Of a stretch of DNA of 64,000 nucleotides, positions 48,815 through 59,224 are shown in pieces. How positions within the stretch are numbered: the first letter of the stretch is position 1; each line of letters begins with the position of its first letter. The notes beneath the pieces are model-generated. The model searched no databases. It had not been told where the DNA came from and was given only the letters and a program-made list of their open reading frames with translations. A program made the position numbers and the translations under genes. Source of the stretch: Candidatus Daviesbacteria bacterium (lineage in GTDB: Bacteria; Patescibacteriota; Microgenomatia; Daviesbacterales; UBA10151); assembly GCA_028687915.1 (NCBI GenBank), contig JAQTZF010000001.1, forward strand, positions 216,229 through 280,228. Direction: 5' to 3'.

Positions 48815-49276
48815 ATGGCATCTAAAAAAATAAAAAAAGAAGTAAATAAAGAAATGAATAAAGAAGAAGGAAGAAAACCTATGGAAAAACAACAACAAAT
48901 ATTTAAAGGTAGAGTAGTTTCTATAAAAGCACAACAGACTGCAACTGTTTTATTGGAAAGCAGAAAAACTCATCCGTTATATAAAAAGTCTTATGCTCAG
49001 AGTAAAAAATATCTAGTCCATGATGAATTAGAAGTAAAAATGGGAGATATAGTAGAAATAGTTAAATGCAGACCAATATCTAAAAACAAACATTTTAGGA
49101 TTCTTAAAGTTGTAGGACGTGATATTGAAGCAATTGTTACAGAAAAGATTAATGAAGATGTTAAGAAAGCAATTGAAGAAGTGATTCCTGTAGAACAAGA
49201 AGAAGTTGTTGAAGTGGTAGAAGCAGTTGAAGAAATTAAACCAAAAAAAGCTACAAAGACAAAGGAGAGCAAATAA
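48815..49276 (+). CDS. rpsQ: 30S ribosomal protein S17 (153 aa, with N- and C-terminal charged extensions)
   Basis: Core …FKGRVVSIKAQQTATVLLESRKTHPLYKKSY…YLVHDE…GDIVEIVKCRPISKNKHFRI…. Confidence 0.88.
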   Translation: MASKKIKKEVNKEMNKEEGRKPMEKQQQIFKGRVVSIKAQQTATVLLESRKTHPLYKKSYAQSKKYLVHDELEVKMGDIVEIVKCRPISKNKHFRILKVVGRDIEAIVTEKINEDVKKAIEEVIPVEQEEVVEVVEAVEEIKPKKATKTKESK

Positions 49277-49645
49277 ATGTTACAACACAGATCTACAGTA
49301 AAAGTTGCAGATAATAGTGGAGCTAAGATGATCATGGTGATTCAACCTTTGGGCGGTTCTGGTAAAAGAAAAGCTACCCTAGGTGAATTATTAGTGGGTG
49401 TAGTTAAAGGAGCAACTCCTAATGGACAGGTAAAGGATCATGAAATAGTAAGAGCAGTAGTTGTTAGAACCAAGAAAGAAAGAAGAAGAGATGATGGTTC
49501 ATATATTAAATTTGATGAAAACGCTGTAGTGATTGTAGATAAAGACGGAAACTTACGTGCAACCAGGGTTTTTGGTCCTATTGCCAGAGAAATACGTGAT
49601 AAAGGTTTTACTAAGATTGCATCGCTTGCACCAGAGGTGTGGTAA
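49277..49645 (+). CDS. rplN: 50S ribosomal protein L14
   Basis: [17 protein letters not shown]…. Confidence 0.95.
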   Translation: MLQHRSTVKVADNSGAKMIMVIQPLGGSGKRKATLGELLVGVVKGATPNGQVKDHEIVRAVVVRTKKERRRDDGSYIKFDENAVVIVDKDGNLRATRVFGPIAREIRDKGFTKIASLAPEVW

Positions 49646-49648
49646 ATT

Positions 49649-49972
49649 ATGAAAATACAAACAGGAGATAGTGTAAAAATATTATTAGGAAAAGACCGGG
49701 GTAAAACTGGAAAGGTTTTACGTGTTTGGACAAAAGAAGATAAGGTGTTGGTTGAAGGAATAAATATGTATAAAAGACATGTTAAAAAAACTGCACAGCA
49801 TGAAGGTGGAATATTAGATATTCCAAAGCAGATTAATATAAGCAACGTAGCTTTTATGTGTCCTGAATGTAAAAAGCCAACCAGGATTGGTATGAAAATT
49901 GAAGCAGATACAAAATATCGATTTTGTAAAAAATGTAAAGAAAAAATAGTAGTTAAAAAGGAGAAAAAATAA
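49649..49972 (+). CDS. rplX: 50S ribosomal protein L24 (with a C4 zinc-ribbon C-terminus)
   Basis: MKIQTGDSVKILLGKDRGKTGKVLRV… KOW motif. CPEC…CKKC. Confidence 0.9.
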   Translation: MKIQTGDSVKILLGKDRGKTGKVLRVWTKEDKVLVEGINMYKRHVKKTAQHEGGILDIPKQINISNVAFMCPECKKPTRIGMKIEADTKYRFCKKCKEKIVVKKEKK

Positions 49973-49975
49973 GCA

Positions 49976-50533
49976 ATGTCTAGATTAAGAGATAAATATA
50001 AAAAAGAAGTACTGCCAAAATTAAAAGAAGAGTATGGAATTAAAAATCAGATGGCTGTGCCAAGCTTAAAAAAGATTGTTATTAATGTTGGTATGGGAGA
50101 CGCAAAAGATAATAAAGAAATAGCTGCAAAAGTAGTGGATAATTTAACTGCTTTAGCTGGTCAAAAACCAGTAACTACTGTTGCAAAGCAATCAATTGCA
50201 GGTTTTAAATTGGGAAAAGGCAATCCAATTGGTGCAATGGTAACTTTACGAGGTGAAAGAATGTATGACTTTTTAGATAAATTAATTAGTATTGTATTAC
50301 CTAAGGTAAGAGATTTTCGGGGAATTTCTAATACATCTTTTGACTCACGAGGTAATTATACTTTGGGTTTACCAGAACAAACTATTTTTCCTGAAATTAC
50401 CTTCCAAAATGAAGCATTAGGGAGTAAAATAAGAGGCTTGGAGATTTCTATTGTTGGGAATGCTAAAACTATGGATCAGGGAAAAAAATTATTAGAACTT
50501 TTAGGCATGCCTTTTAAAAAGGAGATTAAATAA
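49976..50533 (+). CDS. rplE: 50S ribosomal protein L5
   Basis: [16 protein letters not shown]…. Confidence 0.93.
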   Translation: MSRLRDKYKKEVLPKLKEEYGIKNQMAVPSLKKIVINVGMGDAKDNKEIAAKVVDNLTALAGQKPVTTVAKQSIAGFKLGKGNPIGAMVTLRGERMYDFLDKLISIVLPKVRDFRGISNTSFDSRGNYTLGLPEQTIFPEITFQNEALGSKIRGLEISIVGNAKTMDQGKKLLELLGMPFKKEIK

Positions 50534-50536
50534 CTT

Positions 50537-50716
50537 ATGGCAAAAACAAGTAATGTCGTTAAAGCAAAAGAGAAGTATCCAGTCAGGTATCATTCCAGAT
50601 GTCAAAGATGTGGAAGATCCAGATTCGTTTATAGAAAATTTGGTTTATGCAGACTTTGTTTTAGGGAACTTGCTAATTTAGGACAATTGCCAGGAGTAAA
50701 GAAATCGAGTTGGTAA
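50537..50716 (+). CDS. rpsZ: 30S ribosomal protein S14 type Z (59 aa, zinc-binding). Absent from the supplied ORF track because it is under 60 aa.
   Basis: [59 protein letters not shown] with CxxC-x12-CxxC. Between rplE and rpsH. Confidence 0.9.
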   Translation: MAKTSNVVKAKEKYPVRYHSRCQRCGRSRFVYRKFGLCRLCFRELANLGQLPGVKKSSW

Positions 50717-50722
50717 AAATAT

Positions 50723-51097
50723 ATGGATAAAGTTGGAGATTTATTAATTAGAATAAAAAATGGATATATGGCCCGCTTACTTGAGGTGTCTGCACCATAC
50801 TCAAAATTAAGCAGCGCAATATGTAAGTTGTTAAAAGAAGAAGGTTTTATTGAAGATTTCAAAGCTGGAGAACGAGACATTACTATTACCTTAAAATATG
50901 ACGACAGAAAGCCAGTCTTAACTAATGTTAAAAGAATTTCAAAGCCAGGTAAAAGAGTATATAAAGCCAGCAAACTTATTCCACGAGTTTACAATGGTTA
51001 TGGGTTTGCTATTATTTCAACACCAAAAGGTATCTTATCTGATAAACAGGCACGAAAGGAGGGCGTAGGCGGAGAAATCATGGCTTACGTGTGGTAA
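50723..51097 (+). CDS. rpsH: 30S ribosomal protein S8
   Basis: MDKVGDLLIRIKNGYMAR…. Confidence 0.93.
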   Translation: MDKVGDLLIRIKNGYMARLLEVSAPYSKLSSAICKLLKEEGFIEDFKAGERDITITLKYDDRKPVLTNVKRISKPGKRVYKASKLIPRVYNGYGFAIISTPKGILSDKQARKEGVGGEIMAYVW

Positions 51098-51099
51098 AT

Positions 51100-51657
51100 A
51101 TGTCAAGAATAGGTGATGCACCCATTACAATTCCAAATGGCGTAAATATTGAAATAACACCTTCCAAGGTAACTGCTACTGGTCCTTTGGGTGAGCTTAC
51201 TATGGAATATCTACCTAAAGTTAAGGTTGAAGTTGTGGACAATCAGGTTATTGTAAAGCGTAAACACGAAGATAAATTTTCTAAATCTTTACATGGTTTA
51301 ACCAGATCTTTAATAAATAATATGGTTATTGGAGTAGAAAAAGGTTGGGAGAAAAAATTAGAATTAGTTGGAGTAGGATATCGAGCAAACGCAGCAGGAG
51401 AGAAACTTAATTTAGCAGTTGGTTATTCTCATCCAGTAGAAATTACAATGCCAGAAGGAATTAAATTTGCAGTAACTGATAATACTAAAATTACACTCTC
51501 TGGAATTGATAAAATAAAAGTTGGACAAATTGCTGCTAAGATAAGAGACGTTCGACCTCCTGAACCTTATAAGGGTAAGGGAATTAGATACACCGGTGAA
51601 TATATAAGACGAAAAGCTGGAAAAGCTGGAAAGGTTGGAGCAGGAGCAGCTAAATAA
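51100..51657 (+). CDS. rplF: 50S ribosomal protein L6 (start chosen at MSRIG; the ORF track begins 9 nt earlier)
   Basis: MSRIGDAPITIPNGVNIEI…. Confidence 0.92.
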   Translation: MSRIGDAPITIPNGVNIEITPSKVTATGPLGELTMEYLPKVKVEVVDNQVIVKRKHEDKFSKSLHGLTRSLINNMVIGVEKGWEKKLELVGVGYRANAAGEKLNLAVGYSHPVEITMPEGIKFAVTDNTKITLSGIDKIKVGQIAAKIRDVRPPEPYKGKGIRYTGEYIRRKAGKAGKVGAGAAK

Positions 51658-51675
51658 GCACTGCTTTATACAGAT

Positions 51676-52008
51676 ATGAAAGCTCGACAAAGAAGACATT
51701 ATAAAATTAGAAAAAGCGTTATTGGTACCTCTGAGTGCCCAAGATTGAGTGTGTTTCGTTCAAATGCTCATATTTATGCTCAAATCATTGATGATGGTAA
51801 AGGTCAAACATTAGTTGCAGGTTCTGATATTAAATCAGATAAAAAGGTTAAAAAAGCAGACCGAGCATATGAAATTGGTAAAAAATTAGCAGAGGATGCT
51901 TTGAAAAAAGGTATTAAAAAAGTAGTTTTTGATCGTGGTGGATTTTTATATCATGGAAGAGTAGCTAAGGTAGCAGATGGCGCTAGAGAAGGAGGGTTAG
52001 TATTCTAA
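51676..52008 (+). CDS. rplR: 50S ribosomal protein L18
   Basis: …RLSVFRSNAHIYAQIIDD…VFDRGGFLYHGRVAKVADGAREGGL…. Confidence 0.93.
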   Translation: MKARQRRHYKIRKSVIGTSECPRLSVFRSNAHIYAQIIDDGKGQTLVAGSDIKSDKKVKKADRAYEIGKKLAEDALKKGIKKVVFDRGGFLYHGRVAKVADGAREGGLVF

Positions 52009-52502
52009 TGCATCCCGAATATCAACAATCTGAATATTTAGAAAAGGTAGTACAAGTTAACAGAGTTTCTAAGAAGACTAAGGGTGGAGATAAAAGATCT
52101 TTATCTGTTATTGTGGTTGTGGGTGACCGTAAAGGTAAAGTTGGGGTTGGTCTTGGTAAGGCAGCTGATGTACAGTCTGCAGTTAAGAAAGCAACTTCAT
52201 ATGCCAAAAAACATTTGATAACTGTTCCTATGGTTGATGAAAGAACTATACCTCATGAAATAAACATAAAATTAGGAGCAGCAAGAGTAATGTTAAAACC
52301 TGCTAAAGCCGGAACTGGTATTATTGCAGGAGGAGCAGTAAGGGTTGTAGTTGAAGCTGCTGGAATTTCTGATATTGTTTCAAAAATATTGGGCACAAAG
52401 AATCAGGCTTCAAATGTTTATGCAACCTTAGAAGCGCTTTCCAGATTACACCAAGTAAAAGAAAAACATGAGAAAACATCAGAAAAGAAGGCTAAAGAAT
52501 GA
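52008..52502 (+). CDS. rpsE: 30S ribosomal protein S5
   Basis: …VNRVSKKTKGGDKRSLSVIVVVGDRKGKVGVGLGKA…. Confidence 0.95.
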   Translation: MHPEYQQSEYLEKVVQVNRVSKKTKGGDKRSLSVIVVVGDRKGKVGVGLGKAADVQSAVKKATSYAKKHLITVPMVDERTIPHEINIKLGAARVMLKPAKAGTGIIAGGAVRVVVEAAGISDIVSKILGTKNQASNVYATLEALSRLHQVKEKHEKTSEKKAKE

Positions 52503-52939
52503 AATTAAATAATTTACTAAAAGTTAGTGCTAGAAGCAAAAAAATAGTTGGAAGAGGTATTGGTTCTGGTAAAGGAAAACAAGCAGGCAGAGGTACCAAA
52601 GGACAAAAAGCCAGAGGTAAAATTCCTGCTGGATTTATTGGAGGTACTCTTCCTTTATATAAAAAATTACCTTACAATCGTGGTCAACGTAATATGAAAT
52701 CCCGTTCCGTAGCATTGGCTGTTACTTTAACCAGATTAAGTGTTTTTAAAAGTGGAGCAGATATAGATATGCAAGCTTTAATTGATAATAAGATTATAAG
52801 CAGTGTGGATGCTAAAAAAAGAGGAGCTAAAATTGTAGGTATAGGTGAAGTTCCTACCAAGCTAACAATTAAAGTGCCTATTAGTGCAGGTGCTGCCAAG
52901 ATAATAGAGACTGCTGGAGGAACGGTGGTCCGTGGATAA
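52499..52939 (+). CDS. rplO: 50S ribosomal protein L15 (directly overlaps rpsE; no L30 gene between them)
   Basis: [39 protein letters not shown]…. Confidence 0.93.
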   Translation: MKLNNLLKVSARSKKIVGRGIGSGKGKQAGRGTKGQKARGKIPAGFIGGTLPLYKKLPYNRGQRNMKSRSVALAVTLTRLSVFKSGADIDMQALIDNKIISSVDAKKRGAKIVGIGEVPTKLTIKVPISAGAAKIIETAGGTVVRG

Positions 52940-54218
52940 TATCCTGGCCCCAATAATAAATTCCTTCAAAATTCCTGAGTTACGTCGAAAAATAATTATT
53001 ACCACAGTTATAGTTATTGTTTATAGGATTGCCTCACATATTCCTATTAGTGGAGTAAATTTACAAGCCCTGCAATCTCTTTTTAATAGTAATCAAATGT
53101 TGGGTCTTTTGGATATTTTTTCAGGTGGTGCTTTAGTTAACTTCTCTCTATTATCATTAGGATTAAATCCATATATTAATGCTTCAATTATTCTTCAGTT
53201 ATTAACTATGGTTATTCCATCGCTTGAGGCTTTATCAAAAGAAGGTGAATATGGAAGACAAAAGATTAATCAATATACTAGATATTTAACAATACCATTG
53301 GCTTTAGTACAAGCGATTGGAATGTTTACTTTATTAAAGAATCAGGGAATTGTTGTAGATTCTTCTGCTATTTCAATATTTGCAATTATTATTACTATGT
53401 CAGCTGGGACTATTTTGGCTATGTGGTTGGGAGAATTGATAACAGAGTATGGTATAGGAAATGGGATTTCTCTCTTAATTTTTGTTGGTATTGTATCCCG
53501 TGCGCCAATTGCATTTTTTCAGACAATATCTGTTGTTGATCAACAACAGATATTGAATTTATTAATTTTTGGAGCGTTGGCAATTGCTGTTACTGCAGGA
53601 ATAGTTTTTATAAATGAAGGCAGAAGACAAATTATGATTCAATATGCCAGGCGTTTTGTTGGTGGAAGAGAAGTGGGTGGATCTTTTACCTATTTGCCAC
53701 TTCGGGTAAATCAGGCCGGTGTTATTCCAATTATCTTTGCAGTTTCTTTAGTTCTTGTTCCAAGTTTTGGGGGTCAATATTTATCACAAGCAAATAACTT
53801 ACAATTGCAAAGTATTGGTAGATGGTTAGCTATAAACTTTAATGCTCAATCAATTGCTTATAATATAACCTATTTTCTGTTAGTAATTGGTTTTACTTAT
53901 TTTTATACAGCAGTAATTTTTAATCCAGTTAAGATAGCAGAAGATATTAAAAAATCAGGTGCTTTCATTGCTGGAATCAGGCCGGGAACTGCCACCGCTG
54001 CTTATTTAAATTATATTTTAGTAAGAATTACTTTGGCTGGAGCAGTATTCTTAGGAGCAGTTGCTATCTTACCTTCATTAGTTTCACAAGCAACAGGTTT
54101 ACAAACTTTGGCGGTAGGAGGGACTGGTATTTTAATTGTTGTATCAGTAGTACTGGATACAGCAAAACAATTTGAAAGTAAGTTAGTTGAACGAAATTAT
54201 CAGGGGTTCTTAAAATAA
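52932..54218 (+). CDS. secY: Preprotein translocase subunit SecY
   Basis: 10 transmembrane segments, 428 aa, position after rplO. Confidence 0.93.
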   Translation: MDNILAPIINSFKIPELRRKIIITTVIVIVYRIASHIPISGVNLQALQSLFNSNQMLGLLDIFSGGALVNFSLLSLGLNPYINASIILQLLTMVIPSLEALSKEGEYGRQKINQYTRYLTIPLALVQAIGMFTLLKNQGIVVDSSAISIFAIIITMSAGTILAMWLGELITEYGIGNGISLLIFVGIVSRAPIAFFQTISVVDQQQILNLLIFGALAIAVTAGIVFINEGRRQIMIQYARRFVGGREVGGSFTYLPLRVNQAGVIPIIFAVSLVLVPSFGGQYLSQANNLQLQSIGRWLAINFNAQSIAYNITYFLLVIGFTYFYTAVIFNPVKIAEDIKKSGAFIAGIRPGTATAAYLNYILVRITLAGAVFLGAVAILPSLVSQATGLQTLAVGGTGILIVVSVVLDTAKQFESKLVERNYQGFLK

Positions 54219-54220
54219 TT

Positions 54221-54775
54221 ATGAACGATTTTCCTTATAAAAAAATTATGATGGTTGGACCACAAGGTAGTGGTAAAACAACACAGGCAAAAATTTTGGC
54301 TGAAAAGCTGGGATATAAATATTTGGGAACAGGAGAAATGTTTCGTGAAATTATTCAGAAAAAAGAACCAGGATTTGAACAGTTGGTTGAGCTATTCGAA
54401 AAAGGCCAGTTGGTTGATGACCAAACAACCTGTGAATTAGTAAAAAGTACTTTAAATAAACCAGAGTATCAAGATGGAGTAGTAATTGATGGTTATCCAA
54501 GAACTGTAGCCCAAAAAAATATTTTTGATCCTGGTTTTGATATTATTCTTTATATTAAAGTGGCAGACGAGATTGCAATTCAAAGATTGTCCTCTAGAGG
54601 AAGAGCTGATGATACACCTGAAGCAATTGAAAAAAGATTAGACATATATCACCATGAAACAGGACCTCTTTTAGATATTTTTTTGAATGAAGGAAAATTG
54701 TGGGTAGTTGATGGTGAACAATCTGTTGAAGCAGTTACAAAACAAATTTTTAAACGCTTAGGTATTAACTTCTAA
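54221..54775 (+). CDS. adk: Adenylate kinase
   Basis: MMVGPQGSGKTTQAKILAEK P-loop, …GYPRTVAQ…. Confidence 0.92.
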   Translation: MNDFPYKKIMMVGPQGSGKTTQAKILAEKLGYKYLGTGEMFREIIQKKEPGFEQLVELFEKGQLVDDQTTCELVKSTLNKPEYQDGVVIDGYPRTVAQKNIFDPGFDIILYIKVADEIAIQRLSSRGRADDTPEAIEKRLDIYHHETGPLLDIFLNEGKLWVVDGEQSVEAVTKQIFKRLGINF

Positions 54776-54776
54776 T

Positions 54777-55562
54777 ATGGGAAAAAAGAGTAAATCAAAA
54801 ACAGGTGGAGTTTCTCTAAGATCCCCAGAGGAAATTGCTAACTTAAAAATCAGCGGTAAGATTACCGCCCTTGCTTTAAAAAAAGCAATTGAAGAAGCGC
54901 GTGTTGGAATGAGTCTAATTGAATTAGATAAAATTGCAGAAGAAGAGATCTTAAAATTAGGAGGGCAATCATCTTTCAAAACTGTACCAGGTTATTTTTG
55001 GACCACTTGTCTAACAATTAATGATGAAGTAGTTCATGGAACACCACGCGACATAAAATTAAATGATGGTGATGTTTTGAATATTGATTTAGGTGCAATA
55101 TATAAAGGTTGGCATACTGATGCTGCCTGGACTATAGTTGTTGGTAAAAGTTCTCCTGATAAGGATAAGTTTTTAAAAATTGGTGAACAAACTCTTTGGA
55201 ATGCAATTGAACAAGCAAAGGTAGGGAATCAAATTGGGGATATTTCTGCAACCATTGCCCAGGGTGTAGAAACAGGTGGGTATAGTGTGGTCAGGAGTTT
55301 ATCTGGTCATGGCGTTGGAAGAAAGCCACATGAAGAACCAACTATTCCTGGTTTTGGAAAGTTTAAAACAGGAATGGTTTTAAAATCAGGGATGAGTTTA
55401 GCTATAGAAGTAATCTATCTTCAGGGTAAAGATGGCCTTTATCAAAAGGAAGATAACTGGACTTTAGCCTCAATGGATGGATCTTTGGGTGGTTTATTTG
55501 AGATGAGCGTTATCATACAAAACCAAAAAGCTGATGTTCTAACTGATTGGAGGAACGTATAG
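54777..55562 (+). CDS. map: Methionine aminopeptidase type I
   Basis: …VVHGTPRD…DLGAIYKGWHTDAAWT…SGHGVGR…. Confidence 0.92.
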   Translation: MGKKSKSKTGGVSLRSPEEIANLKISGKITALALKKAIEEARVGMSLIELDKIAEEEILKLGGQSSFKTVPGYFWTTCLTINDEVVHGTPRDIKLNDGDVLNIDLGAIYKGWHTDAAWTIVVGKSSPDKDKFLKIGEQTLWNAIEQAKVGNQIGDISATIAQGVETGGYSVVRSLSGHGVGRKPHEEPTIPGFGKFKTGMVLKSGMSLAIEVIYLQGKDGLYQKEDNWTLASMDGSLGGLFEMSVIIQNQKADVLTDWRNV

Positions 55563-55631
55563 TATTGAGTTGAAGTTTCTTCAACTCATAGTCTTGTAAT
55601 TTGAGGCTATTTTTGTTAAAATTATAAATCG

Positions 55632-55874
55632 ATGGATCAAGAGACGATTGAGGTTGAAGGAAAGATAACAGAGGTTCTGCCAAATACCTTATTTAGGGTG
55701 GAGATTGATCGGGCGCCTGATTTGCCAGAGATAGTAGGAAGGGTTATTTTAGCCCATATCTCAGGTAAAATGAGGCTACATTATATAAAACTCTTAACAG
55801 GGGATAGGGTTAGAATGGAAATGAGTCCAAAATATGATCTGACGAAAGCCAGAATCACATTTAGATTAAAGTAA
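55632..55874 (+). CDS. infA: Translation initiation factor IF-1
   Basis: …[20 protein letters not shown]…[10 protein letters not shown]…[18 protein letters not shown]…. Confidence 0.93.
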   Translation: MDQETIEVEGKITEVLPNTLFRVEIDRAPDLPEIVGRVILAHISGKMRLHYIKLLTGDRVRMEMSPKYDLTKARITFRLK

Positions 55875-55878
55875 AAAC

Positions 55879-55995
55879 ATGAAAGTACAAGCAAGTATAA
55901 AAAAAAGATGTAAATTTTGTGAAGTTGTTAAACGTGAAGGCGTTTTGTTTGTGATCTGTTCCCGTGACCCACGTCATAAGCAACGTCAAGGATAA
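55879..55995 (+). CDS. rpmJ: 50S ribosomal protein L36 (38 aa). Absent from the ORF track because it is under 60 aa.
   Basis: [38 protein letters not shown]. Confidence 0.9.
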   Translation: MKVQASIKKRCKFCEVVKREGVLFVICSRDPRHKQRQG

Positions 55996-55998
55996 TTT

Positions 55999-56376
55999 AT
56001 GAGAATAGCTGGAGTAAACTTACCTGATAATAAAAGATTAGACATAGGACTTACCTACCTTTATGGTATAGGTCGATCAAACGTCTCACAAGTCATTAAA
56101 GAAACAGGAATTGATGAAACTAAAAGAATTAAAGATTTAACAGAAGAAGAGGTAGGAAAATTACAAAAAGCTTTAGATAAAATAAAAATAGAGGGAGATT
56201 TAAGACAAGAAGAAAACCAAAATATTAAAAGACTGGAAGAAATTGGAACTTACAGAGGAATTAGACACAGAAAAGGTTTGCCATCCAGAGGTCAAAGGAC
56301 AAGATCAAATGCCAGAACAAAAAGAGGTAAAAGAAAAACAGTCGGTACAACTAAAAAAGAAGAGGGTAAAAAATAA
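55999..56376 (+). CDS. rpsM: 30S ribosomal protein S13
   Basis: MRIAGVNLPDNKRLDIGLTYLYGIGRS…. Confidence 0.95.
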   Translation: MRIAGVNLPDNKRLDIGLTYLYGIGRSNVSQVIKETGIDETKRIKDLTEEEVGKLQKALDKIKIEGDLRQEENQNIKRLEEIGTYRGIRHRKGLPSRGQRTRSNARTKRGKRKTVGTTKKEEGKK

Positions 56377-56408
56377 TAAGTAAAGCATAAAATTTTAAAA
56401 ACAAAAAT

Positions 56409-56816
56409 ATGAAACAACAAATTAAAAAATCAAAAACACCAGTCAAAAGCAAAAAAGCAGTTGTAAAAGAAGTAACCTCAGGTAGGGTTTATGTGACTGC
56501 TACTTTTAATAATACTTTAATTACTGTAACTGATAATAAAGGAGATACTATTGCCTGGAGTTCTGCTGGAGCTTCTGGTTTTAAAGGAGCTAGAAAATCT
56601 ACCCCATTTGCTGCTATTACTGCTGTTGAAAAAGTTGCAGCTAAAGCAAAATCAATGGGTATGACTTCAGCTGAAGTTTATATTAAAGGACCTGGCTCTG
56701 GAAGAGATGCAGCTATTCGTGCCCTCAAGTCTGCAGGACTTAATATTACAATGATCGCTGATGTAACTCCTGTTCCACACAACGGAACAAGAGCAAAGAA
56801 AAAGAGGAGAGTATAA
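56409..56816 (+). CDS. rpsK: 30S ribosomal protein S11
   Basis: …[18 protein letters not shown]…[10 protein letters not shown]…. Confidence 0.95.
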   Translation: MKQQIKKSKTPVKSKKAVVKEVTSGRVYVTATFNNTLITVTDNKGDTIAWSSAGASGFKGARKSTPFAAITAVEKVAAKAKSMGMTSAEVYIKGPGSGRDAAIRALKSAGLNITMIADVTPVPHNGTRAKKKRRV

Positions 56817-56817
56817 A

Positions 56818-57420
56818 ATGGCAAGATATACAGGACCAAAAAGAAGATTAAGCAGACGAGAAGGTGTAGCACTTTTTGCTAAAGACACTGCTTTTATTGA
56901 AAGAAAAGGAATTATAATTCCAGGATTTCATGGTACAAGACGTGCACGCAAGCAATCAGAGTATGGTATTCAACTTCGTGAAAAACAAAAAGCAAAAAGA
57001 ATGTATGGATTATTAGAAAAACAATTTGCAAATTATTTTACTAAAGCCAGCAGGTCTAAAGGCAATACAGGAGAAAAGTTACTTTCTTTACTTGAAACAA
57101 GGCTAGATAACGTAATTTATCGTCTAGGATTTTCTACTTCCCGTGCTGGTGCCAGACAAACTGTTTCCCATGGACATGTCATGGTAGATAACAAAAAAGT
57201 TAACATTCCATCGTTTCAAGTGAAGTTAGGATCAACTGTTGCTATTTTAGGAAAAATGTCGGATAATACTCAAGTTCGTAAGAGTTTATCTTCGAATGAC
57301 ACCTTGCCGGAGTGGCTTGAAAGAAAAGCTACAGTTGGCAAGGTTTTACGATTGCCTAAACGCGACGAAATGGAACAAGGAATAAACGAACAATTAATAG
57401 TAGAATATTATAGTAGATAA
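56818..57420 (+). CDS. rpsD: 30S ribosomal protein S4
   Basis: MARYTGPKRRLSRREG…. Confidence 0.95.
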   Translation: MARYTGPKRRLSRREGVALFAKDTAFIERKGIIIPGFHGTRRARKQSEYGIQLREKQKAKRMYGLLEKQFANYFTKASRSKGNTGEKLLSLLETRLDNVIYRLGFSTSRAGARQTVSHGHVMVDNKKVNIPSFQVKLGSTVAILGKMSDNTQVRKSLSSNDTLPEWLERKATVGKVLRLPKRDEMEQGINEQLIVEYYSR

Positions 57421-57421
57421 C

Positions 57422-58333
57422 ATGTTAAATTTTAAAATTAAAACAATTGAAGAAAGTAAAACAAATGGCATCTTTGAGATGGAGCCGTTAGAGCGTGGTT
57501 TTGGACATACTGTTGCAAACTGCTTAAGACGTGTTCTTTTATCAGCCTTACCAGGATCTGCAATTTCAACTGTAAAGATTGATGGAGTTTCCCATCAGTT
57601 CTCAACAGTTACCGGAGTTTCAGAAGATGTTATTCAAATTATCTTAAACTTAAAACAAGTTAGAATTAAAATGTTTTCTGATGCACCTATTAAACTCACC
57701 TTAAAAGCATCTGGTAAAAAAGAAGTTACTGCTAAGGATATTGAAGTATTAGGTGGAGGAGAAATAGTCAATCCTGATTTACACATTGCTTCATTAACTA
57801 CACCTTCAGCTAAATTAAATATTGAGATGACAGCTGAAAAGGGTGTTGGATATATTGGAGCAGACGAAAAGAAAACTCAGGAAATTGGTGTAATGCCAAT
57901 TGATTCAATATTTACTCCAGTAGTATCTGTTACTTATAGAGTAGAACCAACCAGGGTTGGACGAAGTTCTAACTTTGATAAATTAATTTTAGATATTAAA
58001 ACTGATGGAACAATTGCTCCATTAGAAGCCTTAAATCAATCAGCTGCAGTTTTAAGTACATATTTCAAACAAATTTTTGCACCAACCTTTGATGGTGAAG
58101 AAATAACAGCAGAACCAGCTGTTTCTGAGGATGCCTTAAAAATGAGTGTTGAAGAACTTGACTTACCAGTTCGTATTACAAATGCATTAAAAGCTGTTGA
58201 AATAAATACAGTTGGAGAATTAATTACTACTCCAAGAGCTACTTTATTAAAAGCTAAAAACCTTGGTGTGCAATCTTTAACGTTAATTTCTGAAAAGTTA
58301 ACAGAAAGGGGTTTAACCTTAAGTGAGGCATAA
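57422..58333 (+). CDS. rpoA: DNA-directed RNA polymerase subunit alpha (compact, 303 aa)
   Basis: N-terminal domain …FEMEPLERGFGHTVANCLRRVLLS… and C-terminal HhH domain …LDLPVRITNALKA…. Confidence 0.93.
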   Translation: MLNFKIKTIEESKTNGIFEMEPLERGFGHTVANCLRRVLLSALPGSAISTVKIDGVSHQFSTVTGVSEDVIQIILNLKQVRIKMFSDAPIKLTLKASGKKEVTAKDIEVLGGGEIVNPDLHIASLTTPSAKLNIEMTAEKGVGYIGADEKKTQEIGVMPIDSIFTPVVSVTYRVEPTRVGRSSNFDKLILDIKTDGTIAPLEALNQSAAVLSTYFKQIFAPTFDGEEITAEPAVSEDALKMSVEELDLPVRITNALKAVEINTVGELITTPRATLLKAKNLGVQSLTLISEKLTERGLTLSEA

Positions 58334-58784
58334 TGTTTATGGTAAACACCTTGGTAGAGATAAAAATCAACGAACCGCTCTTTTTAGAGGATTAATCCGC
58401 TCGCTTGTTTTGGAAGGTTCAATAGTCACTACAGAGGCTAAAGTTAAAGCAATCAAAGGTTTAGTAGATAAACTTTTTACCAAAGCAAAAAAAGGTGATC
58501 AAGCCTCACAAAACGTAATCACTAAAACTATTCCTCAAAAAGAAGTTGCTAAAAAGATCATGGAACTTTCTAAAACTATGAAGACTAGAAATTCAGGTTT
58601 TTGTGAAACAGTTAGATTAGGTGAAAGACAAGGGGATGGAGCAATGTTGATGAAGATGAGTATAATTTCTGAGAAATCAGTAAAACCAGAAAAGTCAGAA
58701 GATGAAGAAGTTAAAGTAGAAGAACCTGAGAAAAAAGAAAAAGCAGTAAAAGCAAAAGCTGTAAAGAAAGTGAATAAAAAATAA
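58323..58784 (+). CDS. rplQ: 50S ribosomal protein L17 (with Lys/Glu-rich C-terminal extension)
   Basis: MRHNVYGKHLGRDKNQRTALFRGL…. Confidence 0.9.
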   Translation: MRHNVYGKHLGRDKNQRTALFRGLIRSLVLEGSIVTTEAKVKAIKGLVDKLFTKAKKGDQASQNVITKTIPQKEVAKKIMELSKTMKTRNSGFCETVRLGERQGDGAMLMKMSIISEKSVKPEKSEDEEVKVEEPEKKEKAVKAKAVKKVNKK

Positions 58785-59224
58785 TGTCAACAAACGCATT
58801 AAAAGCATCTGATATAAAAAGAGACTGGCATCTTATTGATGCTAAAGGAAAAATTTTAGGTAGACTAGCTACAGAAATTGCTACTATTTTAATGGGTAAA
58901 AATAAGCCAAATTATGTACCATATCTTGATAGTGGTGACTATGTTGTTGTAACAAATGCCAAGTTAGTTAAAGTAACAGGCCAAAAAGAAACTCAAAAAG
59001 TTTATACAAGACATTCAGGTTATCCAGGAGGTTTAAGGCAGGAAACATTAGCTAAACTTCGTGCCAGAAAACCAGAAGAAATAATTAAGCATGCAGTCAA
59101 AGGAATGATTCCTAAAACTAAATTAGGTGCAGACATGATTGCAAAATTACATATATATGCTTCTGTTACTCATCCATATGCCAAGAACTTTACAAAAATA
59201 GAGGAGAGCGAAAATGCCAAATAA
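58784..59224 (+). CDS. rplM: 50S ribosomal protein L13
   Basis: …DWHLIDAKGKILGRLATEIA…. Confidence 0.93.
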   Translation: MSTNALKASDIKRDWHLIDAKGKILGRLATEIATILMGKNKPNYVPYLDSGDYVVVTNAKLVKVTGQKETQKVYTRHSGYPGGLRQETLAKLRARKPEEIIKHAVKGMIPKTKLGADMIAKLHIYASVTHPYAKNFTKIEESENAK

